From assembly GCA_022843285.1 (NCBI GenBank), contig JALHNY010000002.1, forward strand, positions 21,124 through 85,123: a stretch of 64,000 nucleotides of DNA, written 5' to 3'. The notes below the pieces were generated by a model, which was not told the DNA's origin, ran no database searches, and saw only the letters and a program-made list of their open reading frames with translations. The position numbers and the translations under genes are program-made. This document shows positions 46,119 to 55,983 of this stretch, piece after piece (the first letter of the stretch is position 1; each line of letters opens with the position of its first letter). Source of the DNA: Minisyncoccota bacterium (lineage in GTDB: Bacteria > Patescibacteriota > Minisyncoccia > UBA6257 > 2-01-FULL-56-20).

Positions 46119-47255
46119 ATGACCAAACGCACCTTTACCTACATCGCAGCCAGCCTCTTCGCCTCAGCTGCCCTCACGCAGACTGCCGCCGCGCAGACTG
46201 CGGACCTGACGCGCAGCGTCTGGATTCCGTACTGGAAGGAGGCTGCCGGCATAGCGGAGATTGAGCCTCACCTGGAGGAGCTCGACAGCATCAGCCCCTT
46301 CGTCTTCGAGGTGGACGCCAAGGGCGCCATCGTGGATCGCGGCGGGCTCCGCGCGGATCCCTGGAAAGGCCTCCTCGAAAAGGCAGAGGCAGAGGGCGTG
46401 AAGGTGTACCCGACCGTTTCCTGGTTCGATGGGCAGGCCATTCACGACACGCTCAGGACCAAGAGCAAGCGCACCAAGCACATCAACAAGCTCATGTCCG
46501 CGGTCATCAGCAAGAACAGGTCGGCGGACGGCATCGAGATTGACTACGAGGGCAAGCTCGCGGAGACGAACCCCCACTTCTCCAAGTTCCTCGCGGAACT
46601 CAACTCCAAGTTGGACCGCAAAAAGAAAGACCTCATCTGCACGATTGAGGCCCGCACGCCGCTCGCGGACCGGTACAGCGTCGTGACGCCAGAGCTCGCA
46701 GCCTCCGTTGCCTACGCGAACGACTACGCGGCCATCAGCAAGGCGTGCGACGAGGTCCGCATCATGGCCTACGACCAGGGCAGGGCGGTGGTGTCGCTCA
46801 ACCGCCAGAACGCGGGATCCGGCTACTACGCCCCCATCGCCGACGTGGCATGGGTGCGCAAGGTGATGGCTTCTACGACGCCGCAGATTGCGCCCAGCAA
46901 GCTCGTCATGGGCATCCCCACGTACGGGCGGGTGTACCGCATCGAGCCGAGCGGCAGCTACAGCCAGATCAGCTCCATTACGTACCCCAAGGCCATGGAG
47001 CTCGCCCAGCAGCAGGGCGCGCAGGTGACCAGGGGAGTCTCTGGTGAGCTCGGCTTTACCTACACGGGCCTGACCTCTGGACTCCACGGGAGCGCCACGC
47101 CGACGGGCACCGTGAACCGCTACTACGTGACGTTCAGCGATGCGGTTGCCGCGGGCTCCGCGGTCTCGCTCGCCAAGCAGCTCGGCCTCTCGGGCGTCGC
47201 GCTCTTCAAGGCGGACGGCGAAACCGATCCGGCCACCTGGGACAAGTTTTTCTAG
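46119..47255 (+). CDS. secreted glycoside hydrolase family 18 protein (chitinase/YaaH-like)
   Basis: Signal peptide; catalytic DxxDxDxE motif DGIEIDYEG. Confidence 0.75.
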   Translation: MTKRTFTYIAASLFASAALTQTAAAQTADLTRSVWIPYWKEAAGIAEIEPHLEELDSISPFVFEVDAKGAIVDRGGLRADPWKGLLEKAEAEGVKVYPTVSWFDGQAIHDTLRTKSKRTKHINKLMSAVISKNRSADGIEIDYEGKLAETNPHFSKFLAELNSKLDRKKKDLICTIEARTPLADRYSVVTPELAASVAYANDYAAISKACDEVRIMAYDQGRAVVSLNRQNAGSGYYAPIADVAWVRKVMASTTPQIAPSKLVMGIPTYGRVYRIEPSGSYSQISSITYPKAMELAQQQGAQVTRGVSGELGFTYTGLTSGLHGSATPTGTVNRYYVTFSDAVAAGSAVSLAKQLGLSGVALFKADGETDPATWDKFF

Positions 47256-47277
47256 CTCGCAGCGCCGGGACGTGAAA

Positions 47278-47307
47278 GGGGCGCAGCGTGACGCTGCGCC
47301 CCTTTCC
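47278..47307. terminator. bidirectional terminator between convergent genes
   Basis: ggggcgcagcg tga cgctgcgcccc followed by tttcc. Confidence 0.6.
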
Positions 47308-47327
47308 TCAGTTACGCGAGCTCTCGC

Positions 47328-47552
47328 TTACTCAGCTGCTGGCTCGGTGCCGATGTTCTCCAAATCGCTGGGATTCGGAACCGTGACGTTGATCGTGTTG
47401 TCGCCTTCCTCAGCTGCGGGCGTTGCATCGCCACGGAAGAAGAGGAAGTAGCCGGCGATGAGCACGAGCACGATGATGGCGACGATGCCAACCACCGATG
47501 CTGAACCCTCACCGCGCCGGTTGCTAATGAAATCGTGCATGTACGTATTCAT
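47328..47552 (-). CDS. small hypothetical membrane protein (74 aa)
   Basis: One TM helix (SVVGIVAIIVLVLIAGYFLFF). Confidence 0.45.
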   Translation of the reverse strand: MNTYMHDFISNRRGEGSASVVGIVAIIVLVLIAGYFLFFRGDATPAAEEGDNTINVTVPNPSDLENIGTEPAAE

Positions 47553-47693
47553 GTGAACGGTTGAGTAAGCGACCTTTAGCCAATTCTACCAGCTCGCACC
47601 CTGTGGATAGGAGTCAAGAGCTGCTCACTCGTTTTGCTAGGCTTTACGTAGGCACAAAGGTCGGCTGATCATTCACGAAACAACCACACAACC

Positions 47694-47942
47694 ATGTCTT
47701 TTCTCATCTGGATCATCTTCGGAGCGCTGGCGGGATGGCTCGCGTCGCTCATCATGAAGTCAGACGCCCAGCAGGGCGCCATGATGAACATCATCGTGGG
47801 CATCGTGGGAGCCTTTCTCGGCGGCTTCATCTTCGAGCAGTTCGGCGCCTCGGGCGTCACGGGCTTCAACCTGTACAGCCTGCTCGTCGCAGTCATCGGT
47901 GCGGTGCTCCTCATCTGGATCGTACGCGCGGTGCGCCGCTAG
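47694..47942 (+). CDS. GlsB/YeaQ/YmgE family (transglycosylase-associated) stress membrane protein
   Basis: FLIWIIFGALAGWLASLIM...IVGIVGAFLGGFIF. Confidence 0.8.
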   Translation: MSFLIWIIFGALAGWLASLIMKSDAQQGAMMNIIVGIVGAFLGGFIFEQFGASGVTGFNLYSLLVAVIGAVLLIWIVRAVRR

Positions 47943-48016
47943 CTCTCCTGAGCGACAAAAGAGCCTGTCTTCGTGACAGGCTCTTTTGTCTTTCGCGTGT
48001 CCCTTCCTGCTAGACC

Positions 48017-50833
48017 CTACGCACAGCCACCAGAGCTCTCTCCGCACTGGAGACAGGTCTGGCACGATCCCGTGCGCACCATCATGCCGCCGCACTTGCG
48101 GCAAACCGTTTCGGAGATGTGCATTCCAGTCTTACCGGGTGCCAGCGTTGCAACCGGGGCGGCCTGGACCGGCGGTGTCGCCGGAGCCTCCTCGACCTTC
48201 TCTGCTTCCGGAACCTCCGGCTTGCTCGCCGCGAGGTCTCCCATGTTGGCGAGAGGCTCGGCGCCCTGCGCCACGGTCGGCTCGGCGACGCCGAGGTCAA
48301 AGAGGTCGTCCTTGCTCAGGTGGCGGAGCGCCATGTACCTGAAGACGTAGTCCACGATGCTGGTCGCGGTGCGAATGTCCGCGTTGTCCGTGAAGCCGGA
48401 CGGCTCGAAGCGCGTGTAGATGAACTTCGCTCCGAGCGTCTTGAGCGGCACGCCGTACTGCAGGGCCATCGAGATGGCGATGGAGAACGAGTCGAGGAGC
48501 CCGGCGAGCGTGGAGCCCGAGCGGGACATCTTCACGAAGATCTCTCCCACCTTGCCGTCCGGGTACATGCCGGTCGTGATGTAGCCCTCGTGTCCAGCGA
48601 CCGAGAACTTGTGCGTCTCAGACACGCGGGTGCGCGGCAGCTTCTTGCGGAACGATTCGGGCAGGGGAGCGCCCGGCGCGACCTCCTTCTTCTTGTCGTC
48701 CTTCTTGCCCGTCGAGAGCGGCTGCGCCGCCTTGCTGCCGTCGCGGTACACGGCGAACGCTTTCAGCTTGAGGTCCCACGCGAGCATGTACGCCTCCTCC
48801 ACCTCTTCGACCGTGGCCTCGTTGGGCATGTTGCAGGTCTTCGAGATTGCGCCAGACACGAACGGCTGCGCCGCTCCGAGCATGCGCACGTGGCCGCGCC
48901 AGTCGATGGAGCGCGAGCCGTTCGCCGGTGCCACCGCGCAGTCGAAGATGGAGAGGTGCTCCTCTTTCAGGTGGGGTGCGCCCTCGATGGTGCCCTTCTC
49001 GACGATGTAGTCGCTGATCTCGCGGCGCTGGTTCTCGTCGTACCCGAGGCGGCGGAGCGCTTCCGGAACAGCCTCGTTGACGAGCTTCATGAAGCCGCCG
49101 CCGACGAGCTGCTTGAACGAGACGAGCGAGAACGCCGGCTCGATGCCCGTGGTGGCGCAGTCCATGAGGAACGAGATGGTTCCCGTCGGCGCGATGACCG
49201 TGGCCTGCGAGTTGCGGTACCCGTGCTCCTTGCCGCCGGCGAGCGCCTGGTCCCACACGGTGCACGCGGCAGCCGAGAGCTCGGGGTCATCGATGAGCTG
49301 CGTGTCGATTTCGTAAGCCGCGTCGCGGTGCTTCCCGATGACGCGGAGCATGGGCTCGGCGTTCTTCTCGTAGCCGGCGAACGGGCCGACGCGCCGGGCG
49401 AGCTTGGTGGAGTAGCGGTACGCCTCGCCGGTCATGAGCGAGGTGATGGCTCCGGCCCAGGCACGGGCGACGTCGGAGTCGTACGCGAAGCCCTTGGTCA
49501 TGAGGAGGGCGCCCAGGTTTGCGTAGCCGAGGCCGAGCTGGCGGTAGTCGTAGGAGTTCTGCGTGATCTCCGGGGTCGGGTAGCTGGATGCGCCCACGAT
49601 GATGTCCTGGGCGAGGATGAAGGTGCGCACCGCGTGGGTGAACTCTGCCACCCTGAAGCTGCCATCGTCGCCGAGGTACTTCATGAGGTTGATGCTCGCG
49701 AGGTTGCACGCCGAATTGTTGATGTGCATGTACTCGGAGCAGGGGTTGCTCGCCTCGATGGGGCCGGTGTTCGGGCAGGTGTGCCAGTCGTTGATGATGT
49801 CGTGAAACTGGAGGCCCGGATCAGCCGACTTCCACGCCGCCTGTGCAATCTGGCGGAACAGGTCCCGCGCCTTGTACGTCTTCGCGACGGTGCCGTCGAG
49901 GATCCACTTCGTGCTGAACTCGCCGTCGCTTTTCACGGCCTGCATGAACTCGTCCGTCACGCGCACGGAGTTGTTCGCGTTCTGGTACTGGATGGAGTAC
50001 CACGCCGGGTCGTTGAGGTTGCTCATGTCGTAGCCCGCTTCCATGAGCGCGCGGATCTTGTCCTCCTCGTCTGCTTTGCAGTTGATGAAGTCCTCGATGT
50101 CCGGGTGCTCGATGCCGAGCACGATCATCTTCGCCGCGCGGCGCGTCGTGCCGCCGGATGCGATCATGCCGGCGACGGAGTCCGCGCCACGCATGAACGA
50201 GACCGGACCCGATCCCTTGCCGCCGCGGCTCATGCGCTCGTTCTTCCCGCGAATCTTTGAGAGCGAGGTGCCCGCTCCCGATCCGCCGTTGAAGATGACG
50301 CCCTCGTTCTGGATCCACTGGAGGATGGAGGGGAGCGTGTCCTCTACCTCTAGGATGAAGCACGCGGAGCACTGCGGCTTCTCCTTCGTGCCGACGTTGA
50401 ACCACACCGGGCTGTTGGGGGACGCGTGCTGGTTGACGAGCAGGTACGTGAGCTCTGCCTCGAGGGTGTCCGCCTCCGCGTCGTCTGCAAAGTACCCGCC
50501 GGCCAGGCCCCACTTCTTAATCTCCGACGTCACGCGAGAGATCATCTGCTTGAGGCTCGTCTCGCGCTCCGGCGTGCCAATCTTGCCCCTGAAGTACTTG
50601 GAGGTGGTGATGTTGACGGCGTTTTGCGACCAGAAGTCGGGGAACTCGACCCCGGCCTGCTCGAAGGACTTCTTGTCTCCTGAGCCGATTACGGCATCTC
50701 GCTTGACCCAGGTGATCTCATCGAAGGGATGAACACCTGGCTTGGTATGCACGCGTTTCAGTTGCAGCTTGTAGCCCTTGGTGGCAGCCGAATCTGCCTT
50801 GGCCGTGGATGCTGAGACTGAGCGTGTGTCCAT
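48017..50833 (-). CDS. nrdJ: adenosylcobalamin-dependent ribonucleoside-diphosphate/triphosphate reductase, class II (NrdJ) with a C-terminal zinc ribbon
   Basis: 938 aa; RNR barrel motifs (NPCSEY, active-site Cys region) and a C-terminal CRKCGGMMVRTGSCQTCLQCG; the track ORF start at 50956 is an N-terminal over-extension. Confidence 0.85.
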   Translation of the reverse strand: MDTRSVSASTAKADSAATKGYKLQLKRVHTKPGVHPFDEITWVKRDAVIGSGDKKSFEQAGVEFPDFWSQNAVNITTSKYFRGKIGTPERETSLKQMISRVTSEIKKWGLAGGYFADDAEADTLEAELTYLLVNQHASPNSPVWFNVGTKEKPQCSACFILEVEDTLPSILQWIQNEGVIFNGGSGAGTSLSKIRGKNERMSRGGKGSGPVSFMRGADSVAGMIASGGTTRRAAKMIVLGIEHPDIEDFINCKADEEDKIRALMEAGYDMSNLNDPAWYSIQYQNANNSVRVTDEFMQAVKSDGEFSTKWILDGTVAKTYKARDLFRQIAQAAWKSADPGLQFHDIINDWHTCPNTGPIEASNPCSEYMHINNSACNLASINLMKYLGDDGSFRVAEFTHAVRTFILAQDIIVGASSYPTPEITQNSYDYRQLGLGYANLGALLMTKGFAYDSDVARAWAGAITSLMTGEAYRYSTKLARRVGPFAGYEKNAEPMLRVIGKHRDAAYEIDTQLIDDPELSAAACTVWDQALAGGKEHGYRNSQATVIAPTGTISFLMDCATTGIEPAFSLVSFKQLVGGGFMKLVNEAVPEALRRLGYDENQRREISDYIVEKGTIEGAPHLKEEHLSIFDCAVAPANGSRSIDWRGHVRMLGAAQPFVSGAISKTCNMPNEATVEEVEEAYMLAWDLKLKAFAVYRDGSKAAQPLSTGKKDDKKKEVAPGAPLPESFRKKLPRTRVSETHKFSVAGHEGYITTGMYPDGKVGEIFVKMSRSGSTLAGLLDSFSIAISMALQYGVPLKTLGAKFIYTRFEPSGFTDNADIRTATSIVDYVFRYMALRHLSKDDLFDLGVAEPTVAQGAEPLANMGDLAASKPEVPEAEKVEEAPATPPVQAAPVATLAPGKTGMHISETVCRKCGGMMVRTGSCQTCLQCGESSGGCA

Positions 50834-51106
50834 GCGTTGTAGTGGGTTGGTGAGTGCTTGCCGTGCAGGCGGATTATGACCAAAAAGCAATGTGCAAAAA
50901 ACGTGTACAACAGCCCATTTTGTGTCCGAGCAGGGCACGGAAAGGGGAGCCGTCAAAGTGTCAGATTTTTCAATCTTGCAGAGACTCCGAGGATATTGAC
51001 TTCAGGACTCATTTATTTCGCAGATTTGTAACTTTGTTGCAGCTCCTACGTTTAGCGACGGAGTTATTCACAGTTGGGTATAAAGTAGGGGCGAGATATA
51101 GACAGT

Positions 51107-51502
51107 TTGGGGAAAATGTCTCACTCTGAGGTCAGTTCTAATCCCAAATACAAAGATGACGAGGTGAGGCTTATGGCCCTAGATGGCGGCAGCAAATCAA
51201 CACAAGGTAAGGAGGTCATGGGAGTCATGACATACGGCAACACAACCCAGCTCAGGCTGGCAGTCAGCAGGGGCATCGCGGTCCTTGATGCTCACAGCGA
51301 GCACTGGCGGAGGCGGGTGCGCTGGCAAAGATTGAACATCGGTTCTCCCAGACGCTGCCTCCTCGCCCAGCTGTTCGGCAATTTCACGGACGGACGGGCG
51401 AAGCTCGGGCTGACCATTGAGGAAGCCATCGCGTGCGGATTCGACAGCGAAGACGAGCGCAACTACATCCCGCTCTCCGCCCTGTGGAGAGAGGTTCACT
51501 GA
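51107..51502 (+). CDS. hypothetical protein (paralog of 51649..51957)
   Basis: C-terminal block RRCLLAQLFGNFTDGRAKLGL...ACGFDSE matches EDCALGQVYGSYDAALQALDL...DYGFDAS in the next gene. Confidence 0.45.
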   Translation: MGKMSHSEVSSNPKYKDDEVRLMALDGGSKSTQGKEVMGVMTYGNTTQLRLAVSRGIAVLDAHSEHWRRRVRWQRLNIGSPRRCLLAQLFGNFTDGRAKLGLTIEEAIACGFDSEDERNYIPLSALWREVH

Positions 51503-51648
51503 ACACGTGCGCTTCGCACACTGACTCGAGCCCCGGACTTCCGGGGCTCGAACTACGTCCGGAGTGGACAACCACCCAGTTCGGCATATCCTTTGAGTTA
51601 GCACCGCTCCCCGCGGTAGCACAATCCAATACTAGGGAGACAAAACGT

Positions 51649-51957
51649 ATGTTCGATGGCTGCTATCCGCCTAAAGTGGTGGATGAACCTCGCACCGCCG
51701 CTGAGGCGGTCGAGAACGGATACCGGTTTTTACTACGATTTCCGGGGGCGATTGATCGGATCAACCCGGCTACCCTGCGCATCGCGTCTGAGGAAGACTG
51801 CGCGCTCGGTCAGGTGTACGGGAGCTACGATGCAGCTCTCCAAGCCCTGGACTTACCCGCGGACGTGAAGCCCAGCGACTACGGCTTCGATGCCTCGCCC
51901 TTCTTCTCCCTCAGCGATCTCGATGTCGCGTGGCAGGCAAAGCTTGCCCTCCACTGA
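51649..51957 (+). CDS. hypothetical protein (paralog of 51107..51502)
   Basis: gggaga SD; 102 aa. Confidence 0.45.
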   Translation: MFDGCYPPKVVDEPRTAAEAVENGYRFLLRFPGAIDRINPATLRIASEEDCALGQVYGSYDAALQALDLPADVKPSDYGFDASPFFSLSDLDVAWQAKLALH

Positions 51958-52028
51958 GAGCGCCGTCACTGAAACATAGGAATGTCCCTGCCTGCGCGCA
52001 GGGGCATTTTCTCTTTGCAAAAGGTACA

Positions 52029-52751
52029 ATGCTCCCAATGGATCGCCTGATTGTTGCCAACTGGAAGCAGAACCCCTCCACGCTGGCCGATGCACTCACG
52101 CTCGCGGCTGGCGCCGCGGGCCTCAACGTTCCCGCCGGCGTCACGGTGGTGGTGGCGCCGCCGCTCCCGTACGTGGCGAGCATCGGCCAGGCCAACCCGT
52201 TCCTCGTTCTCGGGGCGCAGGACCTGTCCCTGCTGCCTCCCGGCGCCCACACGGGCGAGGTGGGGGCGGACATCCTCAAGGATTTGGGCGTCCGGTACGT
52301 CATCGTGGGGCACTCGGAGCGCCGGGCACTGGGCGAGATGGACGGCAACGTGGCCGCCAAGGCGCAGGCCGCGGTGGAGTCCGGCATCACGCCCATCGTG
52401 TGCGTCGGCGAGCCGCGCGGCGTGCGCGAGCAGGGCACGGAGGCGGTGAAGATGTTCCTCACCAGCCAGCTCGCGTCAGTGCCCGATGGCGCGGATGTCG
52501 TCGTCGCGTACGAACCCATCTGGGCAATCGGATCGGGCACCGCAGATGACCCGGCAAGCGCCGCGGACATTGCGCGCTGGATTGCCGGATTGCTCGAGCC
52601 TCGCGTGAAGAGCGTGCGCGTCCTCTACGGTGGTTCGGCAACCCCTGAGAACGCGAGCGCGTTCCTCTCTGACCCGGCAATCGGCGGGCTGCTCGTCGGC
52701 GGGGCGAGCCTCGATGCCGTGAAGTTCGGCGCGATAGTCAACGCGACCTGA
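52029..52751 (+). CDS. tpiA: triosephosphate isomerase
   Basis: IVANWKQN, GHSERR, AYEPIWAIGSG, YGGS motifs. Confidence 0.9.
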   Translation: MLPMDRLIVANWKQNPSTLADALTLAAGAAGLNVPAGVTVVVAPPLPYVASIGQANPFLVLGAQDLSLLPPGAHTGEVGADILKDLGVRYVIVGHSERRALGEMDGNVAAKAQAAVESGITPIVCVGEPRGVREQGTEAVKMFLTSQLASVPDGADVVVAYEPIWAIGSGTADDPASAADIARWIAGLLEPRVKSVRVLYGGSATPENASAFLSDPAIGGLLVGGASLDAVKFGAIVNAT

Positions 52752-52753
52752 AC

Positions 52754-54196
52754 TTGGCACAATCCACGCACATGCAGTTCACCAAGCGAGACCTGACCAA
52801 GAAGTCCGAGGACGTGTCCGAGTGGTACACGCGCGTCGTCGCGCTCGCCGAGCTCGCGGACTACGGTCCGGTGAAGGGGACGATGATCATCCGCCCGTAC
52901 GGGTACGCCATCTGGGAGCTCATCCAGGCTGACTTCGATAGGCGCATCAAGGCAAACGGCGTCCAGAACGCCTACTTTCCGCTCTTCATTCCGGAGTCCC
53001 TCCTGAAGAAGGAGGCCGCGCACGTCGAAGGCTTCTCTCCGGAGCTCGCCGTCGTGACCATTGCCGGTGGCGAGGAGCTCGGTGAGAAGATTGTCGTGCG
53101 CCCGACGAGCGAGACCATCATGTACCAGACTTTCGCGAACTGGGTGCAGTCCTGGCGCGACCTGCCGCTCAAGGTTAACCAGTGGTGCAACGTCGTGCGC
53201 TGGGAGAAGCGCACGTACCCGTTCCTGCGCACCTCAGAGTTCCTCTGGCAGGAGGGTCACACGGCGCACGCCACGCACGATGACGCGTACGAGACCGTGC
53301 TCTGGGCAATGGACGAGTACGCGGACCTGTACCGCGAGGCGTTTGCCCTGCCGGGTTACGTCGGGCGCAAGTCTGCCTCGGAGCGCTTCGCCGGTGCCGA
53401 TGACACCCTCACCTACGAGGTGCTCATGCCGGGCGGCAAGGTGCTCCAGAGCTGCACGAGCCACGACCTGGGCCAGAACTTCTCGAAGCCCTTCGGCATC
53501 ACCTTCCAGGACCAGGACAGCAAGACCCAGCACGTCTGGCAGACCAGCTGGGGCCTCTCCACGCGGTCCATCGGCGCCCTGATTCTCGCCCACGGAGACG
53601 ACAGCGGGCTGAAGCTCCCGCCCCGCCTGGCCCCGATCCAGGTGGCGGTGCTCCCCATCAAGGGCGCCGACCCCGCCCGCATCAGCGAGCTCACCCGGCC
53701 GCTCATGCACGCGGGGGTTCGCGTGAAGGTGGACGACGCGGACCACGAGTCCCTCGGGAGCCGCATCAACACCTGGGAGCTCAAGGGCGTGCCGCTGCGC
53801 ATGGAGATCGGCACGCGCGAGCTCGACGAGGGCGTCGTGACGCTCGTGCGCCGCGACACCGGAGAGAAGTTCCAGGTTGCGCACGCCGACCTCGCGCAGC
53901 GCGTCGTGGAAGTCCTCGACGAGATTCAGGCGAACATGCTCTGCGAGGCCGAAGACTTTCTCAGGGACAACACCCGCGATGCGCTGGATTACTCCGCGTT
54001 CAAGGAGATCCTCGCCGGACCTCGCGGCTTCATCCGGGCGTTCTGGTGCGAGGACCCCGCGTGCGAGGCGTTCATCAAGGAAGAGACGAAGGCGACCACG
54101 CGCTGCCTGCCCCTCGATGCGCCCGAGGAGCGGGGGAGCTGCGTCCGCTGCGAGAAGGATGCCAAGCACCGCTGGCTCTTCGGCCAGGCGTACTAG
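52754..54196 (+). CDS. proS: proline--tRNA ligase, archaeal/eukaryotic type (no INS editing domain, C-terminal zinc-binding domain)
   Basis: Class II motifs; 480 aa; C-terminal ...CLPLDAPEERGSCVRCEKDAKHRWLFGQAY. Confidence 0.85.
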   Translation: MAQSTHMQFTKRDLTKKSEDVSEWYTRVVALAELADYGPVKGTMIIRPYGYAIWELIQADFDRRIKANGVQNAYFPLFIPESLLKKEAAHVEGFSPELAVVTIAGGEELGEKIVVRPTSETIMYQTFANWVQSWRDLPLKVNQWCNVVRWEKRTYPFLRTSEFLWQEGHTAHATHDDAYETVLWAMDEYADLYREAFALPGYVGRKSASERFAGADDTLTYEVLMPGGKVLQSCTSHDLGQNFSKPFGITFQDQDSKTQHVWQTSWGLSTRSIGALILAHGDDSGLKLPPRLAPIQVAVLPIKGADPARISELTRPLMHAGVRVKVDDADHESLGSRINTWELKGVPLRMEIGTRELDEGVVTLVRRDTGEKFQVAHADLAQRVVEVLDEIQANMLCEAEDFLRDNTRDALDYSAFKEILAGPRGFIRAFWCEDPACEAFIKEETKATTRCLPLDAPEERGSCVRCEKDAKHRWLFGQAY

Positions 54197-54276
54197 GCGA
54201 TTTGCCCGCCGGAACCTTTGGGCTATTATCTCCCCGCATTTGCCGTACCGCGCCGGCGCGGTAGGCTAGACCACAC

Positions 54277-55317
54277 ATGGCATTTTCCTCCATTTTCCCC
54301 GACGTTGGCATTGATTTGGGCACGGCCAACACCCTGATCCACGTGAAGCACCGCGGGGTGGTCGTCAACGAGCCCTCCGTGGCTTCGACCAACACCAAGA
54401 CCGGCACGGTGGTTGCCGTGGGAGACGATGCCAAGAAGATGCTCGGCAGGACCCCGGCGCACATCTCCGTGACCCGCCCGCTCGTCGGCGGCGTCATCTC
54501 CGACTTCGACATGACCCAGGAGATGCTCCGCATGTTCCTCAAGCGCGCCCGCGGCTCGTCCCTCTTCGGCTTCCGCCGCGCGGTCGTCGCCATTCCGGAC
54601 AACCTGACCGAGGTGGAGCGCAAGTCCGTCGAGGATGCCGTCCTCGCGGCGGGCTCCGCGAAGGCGTACCTCATCGAGTCTCCCGTTGCCGCAGCACTCG
54701 GCGCCGGCCTCCCGATTGACTCACCGACCGCATCGCTCGTGGTGGACATCGGCGGCGGCACGACGGACATTTCCGTCATCAGCCTCGGCGGCACCGTGGT
54801 CAGCAAGACGCTCCGCGTCGCCGGCGACAAGCTCAACGACGACATCGTCAAGTTCGCGCGCGAGGAGTTCAAGCTCGCCATCGGCGAGTCCAGCGCCGAG
54901 GCAGCAAAGATCCTCGTGGGGAGCGCCATCCCGCTCGATGACAGCCTCGAGACCACGCTCCGTGGCCGCGACATTGCGACCGGCCTGCCGCGCGAGGTCT
55001 CCATTCGCAACACGCACGTCCGCGCCGCGCTCAACAAGAGCCTCCGCACCATTGCCGAGGCAATCCGCGAGGTCATCGAGAGCACCCCGCCCGAACTCGT
55101 CGGCGACATGGTCCACCAGGGCATCGTCCTGTGCGGCGGCGGCGCCATGCTCCGCGGCCTCGACGACCTCATCGCCGCCGAGACGGGAGTCTCCGCCAAG
55201 GTAGCCTCGGAGCCGCTCACGTGCGTCATCCGCGGCCTCGGCCAGATCGTGGACGACATGGAGGGTCACGCAGCCCTGCTCGACAATCCGCTCAAGCCGA
55301 TCTCAATCACCCTCTAG
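54277..55317 (+). CDS. mreB: rod shape-determining protein MreB
   Basis: Actin-fold motifs IGIDLGTANTLI, DIGGGTTD. Confidence 0.9.
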   Translation: MAFSSIFPDVGIDLGTANTLIHVKHRGVVVNEPSVASTNTKTGTVVAVGDDAKKMLGRTPAHISVTRPLVGGVISDFDMTQEMLRMFLKRARGSSLFGFRRAVVAIPDNLTEVERKSVEDAVLAAGSAKAYLIESPVAAALGAGLPIDSPTASLVVDIGGGTTDISVISLGGTVVSKTLRVAGDKLNDDIVKFAREEFKLAIGESSAEAAKILVGSAIPLDDSLETTLRGRDIATGLPREVSIRNTHVRAALNKSLRTIAEAIREVIESTPPELVGDMVHQGIVLCGGGAMLRGLDDLIAAETGVSAKVASEPLTCVIRGLGQIVDDMEGHAALLDNPLKPISITL

Positions 55318-55320
55318 GGT

Positions 55321-55983
55321 ATGCGCGTCTCACAGGCCACCGCCGCCACCGTCGCCGTTGCCCTCGCCATTCTCCTCGCGCCCCGCTCGTTCGTGGCGCC
55401 GCTCTTCGGCGCGCTCCGCGAGCCGGCGCCGGACCCGCTGCCCGTCTCGAGCTCGTCGCTAGAGGCTGCGTACCCCCCGGAGCTCTTCACCGCTCCGCGT
55501 CCAGCTCGCGTTGCAGCTCCGGTCTTCGCACTCGGCATCGGCCCGTACCGCCACGACCTGAAGCTCGCGCTCGGCGCGTCGAGCGGCATCGCCGCCGGGG
55601 CCAGCGTGGTGCTCCCGGGTGACGCGGTGAACCCCGTGCTCGTCGGGCGCGTGCGCGACGTCTCCGGCTCCTCTGCGACCGTGGAGACGATCAGCAGCCC
55701 CGAGTGGAAGAGCGCGGTGCGCATCGGCACCTCGTCCGTTGACGCGCTCCTGGTCGGGGGACTGAACCCCACGCTCACCCTGATTCCCCGGGGCGCCCCG
55801 CTCGCCGAGGGCGACGCCGTGGTCTCGGTGGACGCCGCCTTCCCGTACGGCCTCGTGGTCGGCACGGTCACGGACGTCCGCGATGCGGCTGACGGCGTGC
55901 TGCGCGAGGCGACGCTATCCACGCCGTACACGCTCTCGGGCTTGCGCGCGGTGGACGTGATGATGGGCGCCGATGTTCGCTAG
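55321..55983 (+). CDS. mreC: rod shape-determining protein MreC
   Basis: Position after mreB, N-terminal anchor, beta-rich body. Confidence 0.6.
   Translation: MRVSQATAATVAVALAILLAPRSFVAPLFGALREPAPDPLPVSSSSLEAAYPPELFTAPRPARVAAPVFALGIGPYRHDLKLALGASSGIAAGASVVLPGDAVNPVLVGRVRDVSGSSATVETISSPEWKSAVRIGTSSVDALLVGGLNPTLTLIPRGAPLAEGDAVVSVDAAFPYGLVVGTVTDVRDAADGVLREATLSTPYTLSGLRAVDVMMGADVR

Noticed and set aside
48119-50260. 713-aa plus-strand ORF
   Set aside because: Antisense of nrdJ
50834-51106. Cobalamin riboswitch upstream of nrdJ
   Set aside because: No recognizable B12-box (consensus region) seen; class II RNR is not a typical B12-riboswitch target
54075-55259. 394-aa minus-strand ORF
   Set aside because: Antisense of mreB
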